From assembly GCA_017553325.1 (NCBI GenBank), contig JAFZMH010000004.1:159138-223137 (forward strand): DNA of 64,000 bases, in the 5' to 3' direction. Position numbers and translations under genes: made by a program. A model generated the notes under the pieces. That model did not search any database. It saw nothing but the letters and a program-made list of their open reading frames with translations, and was not told the DNA's origin. This document shows, piece after piece, positions 32,223 through 41,920 of the stretch (position 1 is the first letter of the stretch; each line of letters starts with the position of its first letter). The DNA is from Clostridia bacterium (GTDB taxonomy: Bacteria; Bacillota; Clostridia; Christensenellales; CAG-917).

Positions 32223-33464
32223 TTAAATCGTTTTTGCAAATTGAAATATCTTGCCGACGCAGTCAATGACCGCGTCGTTGTTTTCCGCCTTAAAGTCCGC
32301 AATGCGCGCATAAATCGGTTCGCGCCTTGCGTAGAGGGCGCGCACGGTTTCAAGGTCTTTTGAAAGTGGGCGTCCGTCCCTTGCAAGGTTTTCCGCGTCG
32401 CGCTTTAGCCACACGACCACGCCGTTTGACTTCATATACTCGACGTTGCTTTCGTCAAGCACCGCGCCGCCGCCCGTTGCGATAATCTGTCCGCCCTGTA
32501 TGCAGACCTCAGCCACCACTTCGCTTTCAACCTTACGGAAATACGTCTCGCCGTCCTTTTCGAAAATTTCCGGGATGCTCCTCCCCTCTCGCTTTTCTAT
32601 CTCCTCGTCCAAATCGACGAATTTTTTGCCGAGTTTTTCGCTCAACAGCCTGCCGACAGTCGTCTTGCCCGAACCTGCCATACCGACCAAAACGACGTTC
32701 TTTCTCTCGCTTTCAAGCTGAGCGACGATTTCAAGCGTCTTGCTCTCGTCCCGCACGGTGATCGTGCCGTCCTTTGCGAGCGCGAACAGATTGTTTGCAA
32801 GTCTCCCCTGCTCGACTAGCATGACGAGCCCGTTCGAGGCATTGACGCCGAGACTTCTCGCCTGCCTCACGAGCGCGGTTTCGAGCGGGTTGTAGATTGC
32901 GTCGAACACTCCTTCCAGTTTTTTGAATTTCGCAAGGTCGAGGGGCTTCTCGATGGACAGCGTCCCAACGGGCGTAGTGTTGACGATTATCTGCGTGTCC
33001 GTCATCTCGTAGACGTTGCCGTAGTTGAGTTCTCCCGTCCTCGACACGACGTCGATAGACTCCGCGCCGTGCTTTTCAAGGAAATACCTGAAGGTCTTTG
33101 CCGTCCCACCGCTTCCCAATATGAGCGCGCGCCTGCCTTTTACGTCTATTCCCGCAACCTTGAACGCGAGTTCCACCCCGCCGATGTCCGTGTTGTAGCC
33201 AAACAGTTTTCCGTCCACGTCCACGACGGTATTGACCGTGCCGATTGCTCTCGCTTCGTCGTCTATTCCGTCGAGCAGGTGCATAACCGCCTGCTTGTAG
33301 GGTATCGTCACGTTATAGCCATTGCATTCACGCGAGCGCACGAAACGTTCAAGCGCCTTTTCATCCTCGAATTCAAGTTTGCCGTACGACAAATTGCCGA
33401 GCATATCGTGCAACCTCGGCGAAATCGTGTGCGGTAGACTTTTTCCGATTACGGCGTATCTCAT
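32223..33464 (-). CDS. Bifunctional shikimate dehydrogenase / shikimate kinase (AroE-AroK fusion)
   Basis: 413 aa. The N-terminal ~270 aa are AroE-like (IGKSLPHTISPRLHD, YNVTIPYKQ, GTVNTVV, ILGSGGTAKT). The C-terminal ~150 aa are AroK-like (VLVGMAGSGKTTVGRLLSEKLGKKFVDLDEEIEKREGRSIPEIF, GGGAV). Confidence 0.85.
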   Translation of the reverse strand: MRYAVIGKSLPHTISPRLHDMLGNLSYGKLEFEDEKALERFVRSRECNGYNVTIPYKQAVMHLLDGIDDEARAIGTVNTVVDVDGKLFGYNTDIGGVELAFKVAGIDVKGRRALILGSGGTAKTFRYFLEKHGAESIDVVSRTGELNYGNVYEMTDTQIIVNTTPVGTLSIEKPLDLAKFKKLEGVFDAIYNPLETALVRQARSLGVNASNGLVMLVEQGRLANNLFALAKDGTITVRDESKTLEIVAQLESERKNVVLVGMAGSGKTTVGRLLSEKLGKKFVDLDEEIEKREGRSIPEIFEKDGETYFRKVESEVVAEVCIQGGQIIATGGGAVLDESNVEYMKSNGVVVWLKRDAENLARDGRPLSKDLETVRALYARREPIYARIADFKAENNDAVIDCVGKIFQFAKTI

Positions 33465-33718
33465 AACTTTCTTTGCAAGTCCTTGCTGTCTTTTATAAGG
33501 ATGCGGAACACCTCTTCCGCATAGTCTTTGAGGTCGTCGGGCACGAGTTCTCTCACGCGCTTTAAGACCTCGTCTTCTCTAGCCTTGTTTTCGACTGCCG
33601 ACCCACTCTCCTTCTTTGCTTTTGCAACCTCTTTCACAAGGTCGAAACGCTCGTTAAGAAGCGCGCAAATGCGTGCGTCAACGTCGTCGATTTTCTTTCT
33701 TATCTCATCAAGTTGCAT
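33461..33718 (-). CDS. Chorismate mutase, AroQ class (type II CM domain)
   Basis: 85 aa. LDEIRKKIDDVDARICALLNERFDLVKEVAKAKK......N.ARE.EVL is the CM_2 pattern. The stop overlaps the aroE-aroK start (ATGA). Confidence 0.8.
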   Translation of the reverse strand: MQLDEIRKKIDDVDARICALLNERFDLVKEVAKAKKESGSAVENKAREDEVLKRVRELVPDDLKDYAEEVFRILIKDSKDLQRKL

Positions 33719-33776
33719 ATCTGCCTCTCAAACTTATATTGTCAAAACACGCCGTTTATCAAATCAAAACGTGTGT

Positions 33777-34916
33777 TTAAAGTTTCTCTTTTGCGATTTT
33801 TGCAAGCAACAGTTCATCGAGTATCGCAAGCGCGACGGCACTCTCTACGCAGGGTACTGCACGCGGAACGATACAGGCGTCGTGTCTGCCTTTGATGTCG
33901 AGTTTGCAGTTCTCTTTCGTCGCCAAATTGACGCTCGATTGCTCCTTTGATATGGACGGCGTCGGACGAATTGCCACGCGCAAAGTTATCGGCATACCGT
34001 TTGCAACGCCCCCGTTTATGCCGCCGCTTCCGTTGGTCGATGTCACGACTTTTCCGTCTTTTATTTCAAAGCCGTCGTTTGCCTCGCTACCCGTGCTTTT
34101 TGCAAGGTCGAAACCGAAGCCGAATTCCACTCCCTTGACGGCGGGTACTCCGAACACGGAGTAGGCTATCTTGCCTTCCAGTCCCGACGCAAGGTTGTCG
34201 CCGAGGCTTCCCGCTTTCACGCCGAGCACTACGCATTCAATCGTACCGCCCACGCTGTCGCCCTCTTTTGCCGCCTGCTTGATGAGGTCGATTGCGCTCT
34301 CCTTGCCACTCTCGTCGAGGGTTGGGAAGTTGTCGTTTTTGAGTCTTTCGACAGTCTTTTTGTCAAAACCGTTCAAGTCCGCGCCGTCCCTATACGAGCC
34401 GAGATTTTTGTCTTTAATGCTCGAGACGTACGCCACGACCTCGATGCCCTGCTTCCTCAAAAGGTCTTCGGCAATTCCGCCCGCTATGCAGAGCATAGTC
34501 GTCAATCTGCCGGAAAAACGTCCGCCGCCACTCGCTATCTTGCCGTCCTTGACGTATTGCACGAAGTCCGCGTGCGAGGGGCGAGGTATTGACGATATAT
34601 CCGCATAATCGCCCTTTTTCACGTTTTCGTTTTTGACGTATGCCGAAACGACGTCCCCGTTCAAGGTGTACGTCTTGCCCGCTTCCGGCCTGATTTCGCC
34701 GCGCTCGGTCTCTTTGAGACCGCTCCTGAAAACGGCTTCGTCCTCTTCCATTCTCGGCGTGGACCAAGGCGAGCGGTTGCTCTTGCGCCTTTCAAGCATA
34801 TCGAGCACGCTGTCTCCTTTAAACTCACCCCCCTCTTCCAAACCGAAAAAGTTGAGCGTCATTCTTTCGGAGTGCGACTCCCCGAGAATTTGAGCGTCAA
34901 TGATGTCGAATGCCAT
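33777..34916 (-). CDS. aroC: Chorismate synthase
   Basis: 379 aa with GESHSERM, RPSHADF, GGGRFSGR and GGI.GG... blocks of AroC. Confidence 0.9.
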   Translation of the reverse strand: MAFDIIDAQILGESHSERMTLNFFGLEEGGEFKGDSVLDMLERRKSNRSPWSTPRMEEDEAVFRSGLKETERGEIRPEAGKTYTLNGDVVSAYVKNENVKKGDYADISSIPRPSHADFVQYVKDGKIASGGGRFSGRLTTMLCIAGGIAEDLLRKQGIEVVAYVSSIKDKNLGSYRDGADLNGFDKKTVERLKNDNFPTLDESGKESAIDLIKQAAKEGDSVGGTIECVVLGVKAGSLGDNLASGLEGKIAYSVFGVPAVKGVEFGFGFDLAKSTGSEANDGFEIKDGKVVTSTNGSGGINGGVANGMPITLRVAIRPTPSISKEQSSVNLATKENCKLDIKGRHDACIVPRAVPCVESAVALAILDELLLAKIAKEKL

Positions 34917-34917
34917 A

Positions 34918-36171
34918 TTATTCTCCGTATAAAACTTGCGCTTTCGCGCCGATTATTGTCATATCTTCAAGGAAGGTCGGGTAGGACTTGCTCGTGCACT
35001 CCACGCCGATTACTTCCACTCCGCCGACGGCAAGCCCGGCAACGATACCGCTCATAGCGATACGGTGGTCGGCAAACCCGTCGATTTTCGCGTCATTTTT
35101 CGCGTTGACGTTTCCGCCGAAAATCGTCAACGTATCGTCCGCATATTCCGTCTTTACGCCGAGGTTTGCGAGCAATTCGCGCACGGCGGTTAACCTGTCG
35201 CTCTCCTTTTTTTTGAGCCTGTCCACCCCGCGTATCTTTGATACGCCTTTTGAAAACCCGCAAAGAACCGCCGTTATCGGCACAATGTCGGGACAATTCG
35301 CGGCGTCAAACTCTATGGCGATCAAACTCGACTTTCTCGCAATATAACCGCCGTCGGTCTTTTGGACGTCTCCGCCCATCTTTCTTGCAAGGTCGAGGAA
35401 TATTCTGTCCGCCTGCTTGGAGTTTTCGTTGAGATTTGTCGTTTCGACCTCTCCCGCAAGAAGTCCGAGCGCAAGCGGAAAAGCCGCCGAGGACCAATCT
35501 CCCTCGATTTTTACGTCGCTTGCGACGTATTTTTGATTGCCTTTGACAAAGAACCCGTCCACGGTTTTTTCAATCTTCACGCCGAAGTCGTCAAGCACGT
35601 CGAGCGTCATCTCGACGTAGTTTTTGGACACGAGTTCGCCGTCAATCTTGATATGGCTGTCCCCGTCAAGCAGGGGAAGCGCAAACAAAAGTCCCGTCAC
35701 GTACTGCGAACTCACTCCGCCGTCAATTTCGTAAACTCCCGCGCTCAGCCCGCCCTTTGCAAGGCAGAGTTCCGCCCCGCAAGACAAAACCTTGAGAGGA
35801 AGCTCGTCCCCCACGATCTTTGCTCCGTGCGCTCTTAAAACCTCAAGCAATTCGCTTATGGGTCGTTTGGGGAGCCTGCCGTGTCCGACGATCTCGACGT
35901 TCACGTCGAGCGCGCACACGATGGGGAGCAAAAACCTGAGCGTGGAACCGCTCTCTCTCGCGTCGAGAACGGCAAAGTCCGCTTCGCCGTCGAACAGTTT
36001 TTTCAAACTCGCAAGGCAATTTTTTGTCGCCTCGACGTCGTCGCCCGTCAACCCGAAATCAAAGTTTTCGCCCGCAAGAAAAGACGCAATCATAACTCTG
36101 TGCGCTTGCGATTTGGACGGCGGAATTTCCACCCGTCCGCATATTCTTGATTTTTCGAGTTTGACGTTCAT
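34918..36171 (-). CDS. aroA: 3-phosphoshikimate 1-carboxyvinyltransferase (EPSP synthase)
   Basis: 417 aa with PPSKSQAHRVMIA, ESGSTLRFL, the LPKRP region and DHRIAMS near the C-terminus. Confidence 0.9.
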   Translation of the reverse strand: MNVKLEKSRICGRVEIPPSKSQAHRVMIASFLAGENFDFGLTGDDVEATKNCLASLKKLFDGEADFAVLDARESGSTLRFLLPIVCALDVNVEIVGHGRLPKRPISELLEVLRAHGAKIVGDELPLKVLSCGAELCLAKGGLSAGVYEIDGGVSSQYVTGLLFALPLLDGDSHIKIDGELVSKNYVEMTLDVLDDFGVKIEKTVDGFFVKGNQKYVASDVKIEGDWSSAAFPLALGLLAGEVETTNLNENSKQADRIFLDLARKMGGDVQKTDGGYIARKSSLIAIEFDAANCPDIVPITAVLCGFSKGVSKIRGVDRLKKKESDRLTAVRELLANLGVKTEYADDTLTIFGGNVNAKNDAKIDGFADHRIAMSGIVAGLAVGGVEVIGVECTSKSYPTFLEDMTIIGAKAQVLYGE

Positions 36172-36181
36172 AGTTCTTTAT

Positions 36182-37222
36182 TCAGTCGAAGAGTCTGTTA
36201 AACTCCTCGAAATCTGTCTTTTTCACGAAGCACTCGCCGATTTTTTTGACGAACACGGCGTTTATCCCCTCGTCTTCCGCTTTTTTGTCATTTCTTGCGA
36301 GCGACAAAAGTTCGTTTGCCCCGTACGGACAATCTGCGCCGTATTTTGCGAGCATATCGAGAGCGCGGTTCAAATCGTCTGCGTCCGCGCCTTCAAGCCT
36401 CTTTGAGGCTTGCAAAACAAGTTTCAACCCGTATTTCACCGCTTCGCCGTGAGGTATTTCAAACCCGCTCTTCTTTTCAATCGCGTGTCCGAGCGTGTGC
36501 CCGAGGTTCAAGAGTCTGCGAGGTCCCGCCTCTCTTTCGTCCTGCTCGACGATCTTCGCCTTGTATGCGGCGCACAACGAAACGAATTCTTCAAGGTCTT
36601 CATTCACCGTCTCGCCGTTTACTATGTCGAACAGCCGTCCGCCCTCCAAAATCGCATACTTGAGCCCTTCGCCGAGCCCGTTTTGCCACTCTCTTTCGGG
36701 GAGGGTTTTCAAGGTTGCGACGTCCACGAACACGAGTTTGGGTTGATAGAACGCCCCGAGCAAATTCTTGCCGTAGATAAGGTCGACGCCGACCTTTCCG
36801 CCTATCGAACTGTCTATCATGGCAAGAAGCGACGTCGGCACCTGCACGAGGTTAATGCCTCTCATATAAGTAGCGGCGGCAAACCCCGCCATATCTCCCA
36901 CGACTCCTCCGCCGAGCGCAACGACAGTGTCGTCTCTCAAAAACTCGGCTCTGCCGAGCGCGTCGATGATTTCGAGATAGGTTTCCGCGGTTTTTGATTG
37001 TTCTCCGCTTGCGACGACCTTTTCGAACACGTTGAAACCCTGCTTTTCGAGTGACCTGCGAAGCGTGTCAAGATAGAGCCTCGCCACGTTGTCGTCCGTG
37101 ACTATCATCGCATTCTTGCCCTTGACGAGCGGACGAATGCGCTTGCCGACGCGAGATAGCCCGCCCTTTGCAAAGACTATGTCGTAGGAATTTTTTTTGA
37201 GTTTTACGCGGATTTTTTTCAT
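36182..37222 (-). CDS. aroB: 3-dehydroquinate synthase
   Basis: 346 aa with ALGGGVVGDMAGFAAATYMRGI, PTSLLAMIDSSIGGK and LNLGHTLGHAIE motifs. Confidence 0.9.
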   Translation of the reverse strand: MKKIRVKLKKNSYDIVFAKGGLSRVGKRIRPLVKGKNAMIVTDDNVARLYLDTLRRSLEKQGFNVFEKVVASGEQSKTAETYLEIIDALGRAEFLRDDTVVALGGGVVGDMAGFAAATYMRGINLVQVPTSLLAMIDSSIGGKVGVDLIYGKNLLGAFYQPKLVFVDVATLKTLPEREWQNGLGEGLKYAILEGGRLFDIVNGETVNEDLEEFVSLCAAYKAKIVEQDEREAGPRRLLNLGHTLGHAIEKKSGFEIPHGEAVKYGLKLVLQASKRLEGADADDLNRALDMLAKYGADCPYGANELLSLARNDKKAEDEGINAVFVKKIGECFVKKTDFEEFNRLFD

Positions 37223-37223
37223 A

Positions 37224-38084
37224 TCAGTCTTTGAGCCTTTCCTTTCTTGCGTTTTCAGCCGCTTCTTTCTGCCGTACTCCGTCCGCCAGAAGGACTTTCA
37301 GTCCTTCTTCGTCACCGCTTGCGATTGCGTCGCGGTATTCTATTAAATGTTTGATGATTTCGTCAATATCGCCGACGAGATTGTCCCTGTTTTCCAAAAA
37401 CAGTTCCGTCCACATATCGGGGTTGAGTTTTGCGACTCTCGTCAAATCTCTGAAACTTCCAGCCGAGAACCCTGCGTGTTCGTTGCTGTGTCCGTTTTTC
37501 ACGTAGCTGCTTGAAACTATATGCGCAAGTTGCGAAGTGTAGGCGATCATCTCGTCGTGTTTTTCCGCGGAGCATATCTCGACGTCCTGCGCGCCGATTG
37601 CAAGGAACAATTTTTTCACCGCCGAAAGTTTGGATATGTCCTGACTGACGGGAGTTAGCACGACGTACGCCTTTTCAAAGAGGGTTGCAGACGAATGCGA
37701 TATTCCGCTGAATTCCCTCCCCGCCATAGGGTGCGTGCCGATAAAGAACAAATTTGGGTATTTCGCTTCAAGACTTGCCATCTCGTCCACGACTATACGC
37801 TTGTTTCCGCATATATCCATGACGATTGCGCCGTCCTTCAAGTGAGGAGCAAGTTTTCGCATACTCGCGATTGCGGCGCGAGGACACAGCGCCAAAATCA
37901 CCATATCGACGGCGGGTAAATCGCTCTCCATATCGAGCGCGCGAGTATGAGCGGAAAGCAAGTCCGCTTTAAGAAGCACGCTCTCGTCAAGGTCGTAGCC
38001 CAAAACTTCGTTGTCGGTGTTTTTGAGTATGGCGCGCCCGAGCGAACCGCCGATGAGCCCCATACCGATAATCGCTATCTTCAT
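37224..38084 (-). CDS. tyrA: Prephenate dehydrogenase
   Basis: 286 aa with the Rossmann start [23 protein letters not shown] and the SQLAHIVS region typical of TyrA. Confidence 0.85.
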   Translation of the reverse strand: MKIAIIGMGLIGGSLGRAILKNTDNEVLGYDLDESVLLKADLLSAHTRALDMESDLPAVDMVILALCPRAAIASMRKLAPHLKDGAIVMDICGNKRIVVDEMASLEAKYPNLFFIGTHPMAGREFSGISHSSATLFEKAYVVLTPVSQDISKLSAVKKLFLAIGAQDVEICSAEKHDEMIAYTSQLAHIVSSSYVKNGHSNEHAGFSAGSFRDLTRVAKLNPDMWTELFLENRDNLVGDIDEIIKHLIEYRDAIASGDEEGLKVLLADGVRQKEAAENARKERLKD

Positions 38085-39097
38085 ACGTCCATCTCCTTGT
38101 GCACGACGGGAAGCAACGGACGAACGGACTGCACCACCTCGTCAAACTGTTCGGGACGCAACGATTGAGCGCCGTCGCAGAGTGCGTGAGGCGGGTCGTT
38201 GTGAACCTCGATGATGAGGCCGTCCGCTCCTGCGCCGACGGACGCGAGACTCAAAGGCCTCACGAGCCTTGCAACCCCGGACGCGTGCGACGGGTCGACG
38301 ATGACGGGCAGGTGCGTGCGCTCTTTCAGAATCGGTATCGCCGACAAATCGAGGGTGTTCCTCGTGTACGGCTCGAACGTCCTTATACCGCGCTCGCAGA
38401 GGATGACGTTTTGGTTGCCTTCGGACATAACGTATTCCGCGCTCATAAGCCACTCTTCGATGGTTGCGGAGATACCGCGCTTCAAGAGTATCGGCTTATC
38501 GACCCTGCCGACCGCCTTCAAGAGGTCGAAATTCTGCATATTGCGCGCGCCGATTTGAATGACGTCCACGTCCTCGTACTCGTCGAGCATTCTCTCGCTC
38601 ATAAGTTCGGTGACTATGGGCATACCCGTCTCGGCTTTCGCCTTTTTCAAAAGCTTCAACCCGTCAAGCCCCAAACCTTGGAAGGAGTACGGCGACGTGC
38701 GCGGCTTGAACGCTCCGCCACGGAGCAAGGTTGCACCCGCCTTTTTTACCGCTTCGGCGACCTCTATTATCTGCTTTTCGCTCTCAACGGAGCAAGGACC
38801 TGCAATGATTTGAAAATGCTTTCCGCCAAACTTGTGTCCCGCGACGTCCACTATCGTGTCTTCGGGATGAAATTTGCGGTTGGCGTTTTTGTACGGCTCC
38901 TGAACGCGCGTCACGCTCTCGACTATGTCGAGAGAACGCACGAGGTCGATGTCCACCTTGGAAGTATCGCCGACGAGCCCGATTATCGTCGAATTTTCGC
39001 CGCGACTGACGTGTACGTCCAGTCCCAAATCTCTTATCCAATTCATCAGGTTTTGAACTTGCTTTTCGTTTTGATTCTTTTTTACAACGACTATCAT
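38081..39097 (-). CDS. aroF: 3-deoxy-7-phosphoheptulonate (DAHP) synthase, type I-beta, with an N-terminal ferredoxin-like regulatory domain
   Basis: The catalytic barrel carries [39 protein letters not shown] and DPSHA blocks. The N-terminal ~70 aa (IVVVKKN....V..L...I...GL.VH.S.G.....IGLVGD) resemble the Thermotoga-type regulatory domain. I placed the start at ATG 39097 (MIVVVKK, SD AGAGGAA) rather than 39145. Confidence 0.85.
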   Translation of the reverse strand: MIVVVKKNQNEKQVQNLMNWIRDLGLDVHVSRGENSTIIGLVGDTSKVDIDLVRSLDIVESVTRVQEPYKNANRKFHPEDTIVDVAGHKFGGKHFQIIAGPCSVESEKQIIEVAEAVKKAGATLLRGGAFKPRTSPYSFQGLGLDGLKLLKKAKAETGMPIVTELMSERMLDEYEDVDVIQIGARNMQNFDLLKAVGRVDKPILLKRGISATIEEWLMSAEYVMSEGNQNVILCERGIRTFEPYTRNTLDLSAIPILKERTHLPVIVDPSHASGVARLVRPLSLASVGAGADGLIIEVHNDPPHALCDGAQSLRPEQFDEVVQSVRPLLPVVHKEMDV

Positions 39098-39157
39098 AAT
39101 TCCTCTTGGCATGCGCCTTTGCGCACGCAAAATGTAGTAAGTCAAACTTCAAAGTCT

Positions 39158-39186
39158 ATTGTAGCACAATTTTTTGATTTTTCCAA
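39158..39186 (-). promoter_or_regulatory. Candidate sigma-A promoter of the aromatic amino-acid operon
   Basis: The minus strand reads TTGGAA-17 nt-TACAAT with an extended TG (TGCTACAAT), about 60 nt upstream of ATG 39097. Confidence 0.55.
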
Positions 39187-39221
39187 CAAAAATAAAAGCC
39201 GACGTCTTTTGGGATGTCGGC
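39187..39221 (-). terminator. Rho-independent terminator after the fumarase beta gene
   Basis: Minus strand: GCCGACAUC-CCAAAA-GACGUCGGC (one mismatch), then UUUUAUUUUUG. The U-tail abuts the -35 of the aro promoter. Confidence 0.7.
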
Positions 39222-39369
39222 AAATAATATTCTTGTTTCGGCATACCCAAAAATCGACTATATCAAGCCGTAATAATAGTAGTATGCACAATAAACTTTC
39301 GCGTTTTTCATGGTTTCAGTTTAACTTATACAAAAACTTTTGTCAAGCACTTTATCGCAGTAAAGTGAA

Positions 39370-39885
39370 TTATTTTTCAAAAATGCTGTTCCCGCGAGCG
39401 TCAATCGCCACGATTGCGGGGAAATCTTGCACCTCAAAGGAGTAGACCGCTTCGGTGCCTAAGTCTTCGTACGCGACGGTTTCAAAAGATTTTACGGCTT
39501 TGCCGTAAGTTGCGCCCGCGCCGCCGATTGCCGCAAAGTAGACGCACCCGTTTTTTTTGATTGAGTCGTAGACTTCGCTCCCCACGTTGCCCTTGCCGAT
39601 AGTTGCGACCACGCCGCTATCAAACAGCGTCGGCGCGTAGGCGTTCATTCTCATCGAGGTAGTGGGACCGCACGCGGTTATCTTGCCGTCCTTGAAGCAG
39701 GGACCGACGTAGAATATCGTTTGTCCATTGACGTCAAACGGAAGTCTTCCATCTTTGAGCCCCTCGACCATGCGCTTGTGAGCCGCGTCTCTGCCCGTCA
39801 AGATTTTCCCGCTAATCAAAACAAAATCGCCTGCGTTTAGGGTTTTAAGTTCAGCCTTTTCAAAAGGAGCAACGAGTTTTTTCAT
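39370..39885 (-). CDS. Fe-S type hydro-lyase beta subunit (class I fumarate hydratase / tartrate dehydratase, C-terminal domain)
   Basis: The protein reads MKKLVAPFEKAELKTLNAGDFVLISGKILTGRDAAHKRM... and carries GPTTSMRM and AIGGAGA blocks. I placed the start at 39885, giving an ATGA overlap with the alpha subunit stop. Confidence 0.85.
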   Translation of the reverse strand: MKKLVAPFEKAELKTLNAGDFVLISGKILTGRDAAHKRMVEGLKDGRLPFDVNGQTIFYVGPCFKDGKITACGPTTSMRMNAYAPTLFDSGVVATIGKGNVGSEVYDSIKKNGCVYFAAIGGAGATYGKAVKSFETVAYEDLGTEAVYSFEVQDFPAIVAIDARGNSIFEK

Positions 39886-40730
39886 TGTCTGCCCTCCACC
39901 AAAACGCTTGAACACCTGACGGCGTGGCATTGAATGTTGACGGCAACGGGAAGCGCGGAGATATGCGTCGGGTATTTGGCGACATGCACGGCGAGCGCGG
40001 TGTTGTTTCCGCCAAAGCCCTGCGCCCCGATTTCAAGAGCGTTTATCTCGGCGAGAAGGTCCTTTTCAAGGTCGGCAAGGACTTTGTCCTTGCTCGGCTC
40101 TCCGACTTCGCGCAAAAGTTGCTCTTTTGCAAGTTGCATGGCCTTCTCCGCCGTTCCGCCTATTCCAACGCCGACGACTATCGGCGGACAGGGATTTGCC
40201 TCCGCCTGTTTCACCGCTTCGACTACGGCGCGCTTTACGCCGTCCAAGCCTTGAGAAGGTGTGAGCATAAAGAGTTTGGACATATTCTCGCTGCCGAACC
40301 CCTTTGCCATAAACGAGATTTTGACGTCGTCTCCAGATACTATCTTCGCGTGCACGACTGCGGGAGTGTTGTCCCCCGTATTCTTTCTCGTTATCGGGTC
40401 GAGCACGCTTGCGCGGTAGCCGTATTGTTTATATCCGCGTCTCACGCCCTCGTTTATCGCGTCCTCAAAGTCTCCTCCGACGAAGTTTACGTTCTGCCCG
40501 TACTCGACGAAGAATACCGCCATACCCGTATCTTGGCAGACGGGAACGTCGTCTCTTTTTGCAAGCGCGTTATTCTCAAGGATAACGTCGAGCGCAAATT
40601 CGGCGTTTTCGTTCTTTTCATCCTTGCGCGCGCGGTTTAAAGCCGCCTCGCAGGACGGGGTGAGCGAGGAGCAAGCGTGCACGAGATTTTCAACTGAGTT
40701 TACGACATCTTCAAAGTATACTTTGCTCAT
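39882..40730 (-). CDS. Fe-S type hydro-lyase alpha subunit (class I fumarate hydratase / tartrate dehydratase, N-terminal domain)
   Basis: 282 aa with PVCQDTGMAVFFVE and Cys ligands in conserved spacing (...QCHAVR). It is paired with the beta subunit. Confidence 0.85.
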   Translation of the reverse strand: MSKVYFEDVVNSVENLVHACSSLTPSCEAALNRARKDEKNENAEFALDVILENNALAKRDDVPVCQDTGMAVFFVEYGQNVNFVGGDFEDAINEGVRRGYKQYGYRASVLDPITRKNTGDNTPAVVHAKIVSGDDVKISFMAKGFGSENMSKLFMLTPSQGLDGVKRAVVEAVKQAEANPCPPIVVGVGIGGTAEKAMQLAKEQLLREVGEPSKDKVLADLEKDLLAEINALEIGAQGFGGNNTALAVHVAKYPTHISALPVAVNIQCHAVRCSSVLVEGRQ

Positions 40731-41893
40731 AGTTTCGACACCCCGCTTTCTATCGCCGCGCGTTTGACCGCTTCGGCGACCGTCTTTGCAACTCGCTCGT
40801 CAAACGGCTTGGGCAAAATGTAGTCGACGGACAAATCGTCGCCGACGAGATTTGCAAGCGCAGTTGACGCAGCGAGTTTCATCGCCTCGTTTATATCGCT
40901 TGCCCTCGCGTCGAGCGCACCGCGGAAGATACCCGGAAACGCCAACACGTTGTTGATTTGATTTTTATAGTCGCTTCTTCCCGTAGCCACGATTTTCGCC
41001 CCTGCCTCGTAGGCGTCTTCGGGTGTGATTTCGGGAGACGGGTTTGCCATTGCAAACACGATAGCGTCTTTGTTCATAGAGCGCACCATATCCTTTGAGA
41101 GCGCACCTTTGACGCTCACACCTACGAAGACGTCTGCCCCTACGATTGCGTCTTTGAGCCATCCGACCAGTCCTCTCGGGTTGGTCTTTTTGGAGAGTTC
41201 ACGCTGGGCGGAATTGAAACATTCGTTGTCCGCGATTATGCCGAGCCTGTCGCAGACGACGACGTCTTTCGCGCCGTTTGCAAGCAAGAATTCGGTTATT
41301 GCCGTGCCTGCGCTCCCTGCCCCGTTTATAACGATACGGGCGGTTGATACGTCCTTTTCGACAAGTTTAAGTGCGTTTTTGAGCGCGGCGACCAAAACTA
41401 TTGCCGTGCCATGTTGGTCATCGTGGAAGACGGGAACGTCGCATATTTCCTTGAGCCTTCTCTCCACTTCAAAGCAGCGGGGAGCGGAGATGTCTTCAAG
41501 GTTTATACCGCCGAAACTCTTGGAAATATTGTAGACGGTATTCACGATTTCGTCGGCGTCTTGCGTGGAGAGAACGATGGGTATCGCGTCGATTCCCGCA
41601 AACTCGCTGAACAGCGCGCACTTGCCTTCCATAACGGGCATACCCGCTTCCGCGCCTATATTGCCGAGCCCCAAAACGGCAGAGCCGTCCGTCACAACCA
41701 CAACCGTATTCCAACGTCTCGTAAGCTCGTAGGAGAGTTTCGGGTCGTCCTTTATCGCGAGGCAAGGCTGAGCGACGCCCGGCGTGTACGCCAAGGACAG
41801 CGACTCCTTGTCCGCAATCTTTACGACGGAAGAGACGCGAAGTTTGCCCTTCCACTCATAGTGTTTTTTGAGGGACTCTTGCATATAGTCCAT
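40727..41893 (-). CDS. NAD(P)-dependent malic enzyme (short, MaeB N-domain type)
   Basis: 388 aa with LAYTPGVA, VVTDGSAVLGLGNIG, FGGINLEDI, FHDDQHGTAIV and INGAGSAGTA blocks. Confidence 0.9.
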   Translation of the reverse strand: MDYMQESLKKHYEWKGKLRVSSVVKIADKESLSLAYTPGVAQPCLAIKDDPKLSYELTRRWNTVVVVTDGSAVLGLGNIGAEAGMPVMEGKCALFSEFAGIDAIPIVLSTQDADEIVNTVYNISKSFGGINLEDISAPRCFEVERRLKEICDVPVFHDDQHGTAIVLVAALKNALKLVEKDVSTARIVINGAGSAGTAITEFLLANGAKDVVVCDRLGIIADNECFNSAQRELSKKTNPRGLVGWLKDAIVGADVFVGVSVKGALSKDMVRSMNKDAIVFAMANPSPEITPEDAYEAGAKIVATGRSDYKNQINNVLAFPGIFRGALDARASDINEAMKLAASTALANLVGDDLSVDYILPKPFDERVAKTVAEAVKRAAIESGVSKL

Positions 41894-41920
41894 AGTTGTC
41901 TCCTTTGCTCTTGCGGGCGG

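Noticed and set aside
39098-39157. Looked for a T-box, a leader peptide rich in aromatic codons, or an attenuator in front of the aro operon.
   Set aside because: The leader is only about 60 nt after the predicted -10, with no hairpin plus U-tract and no small ORF.
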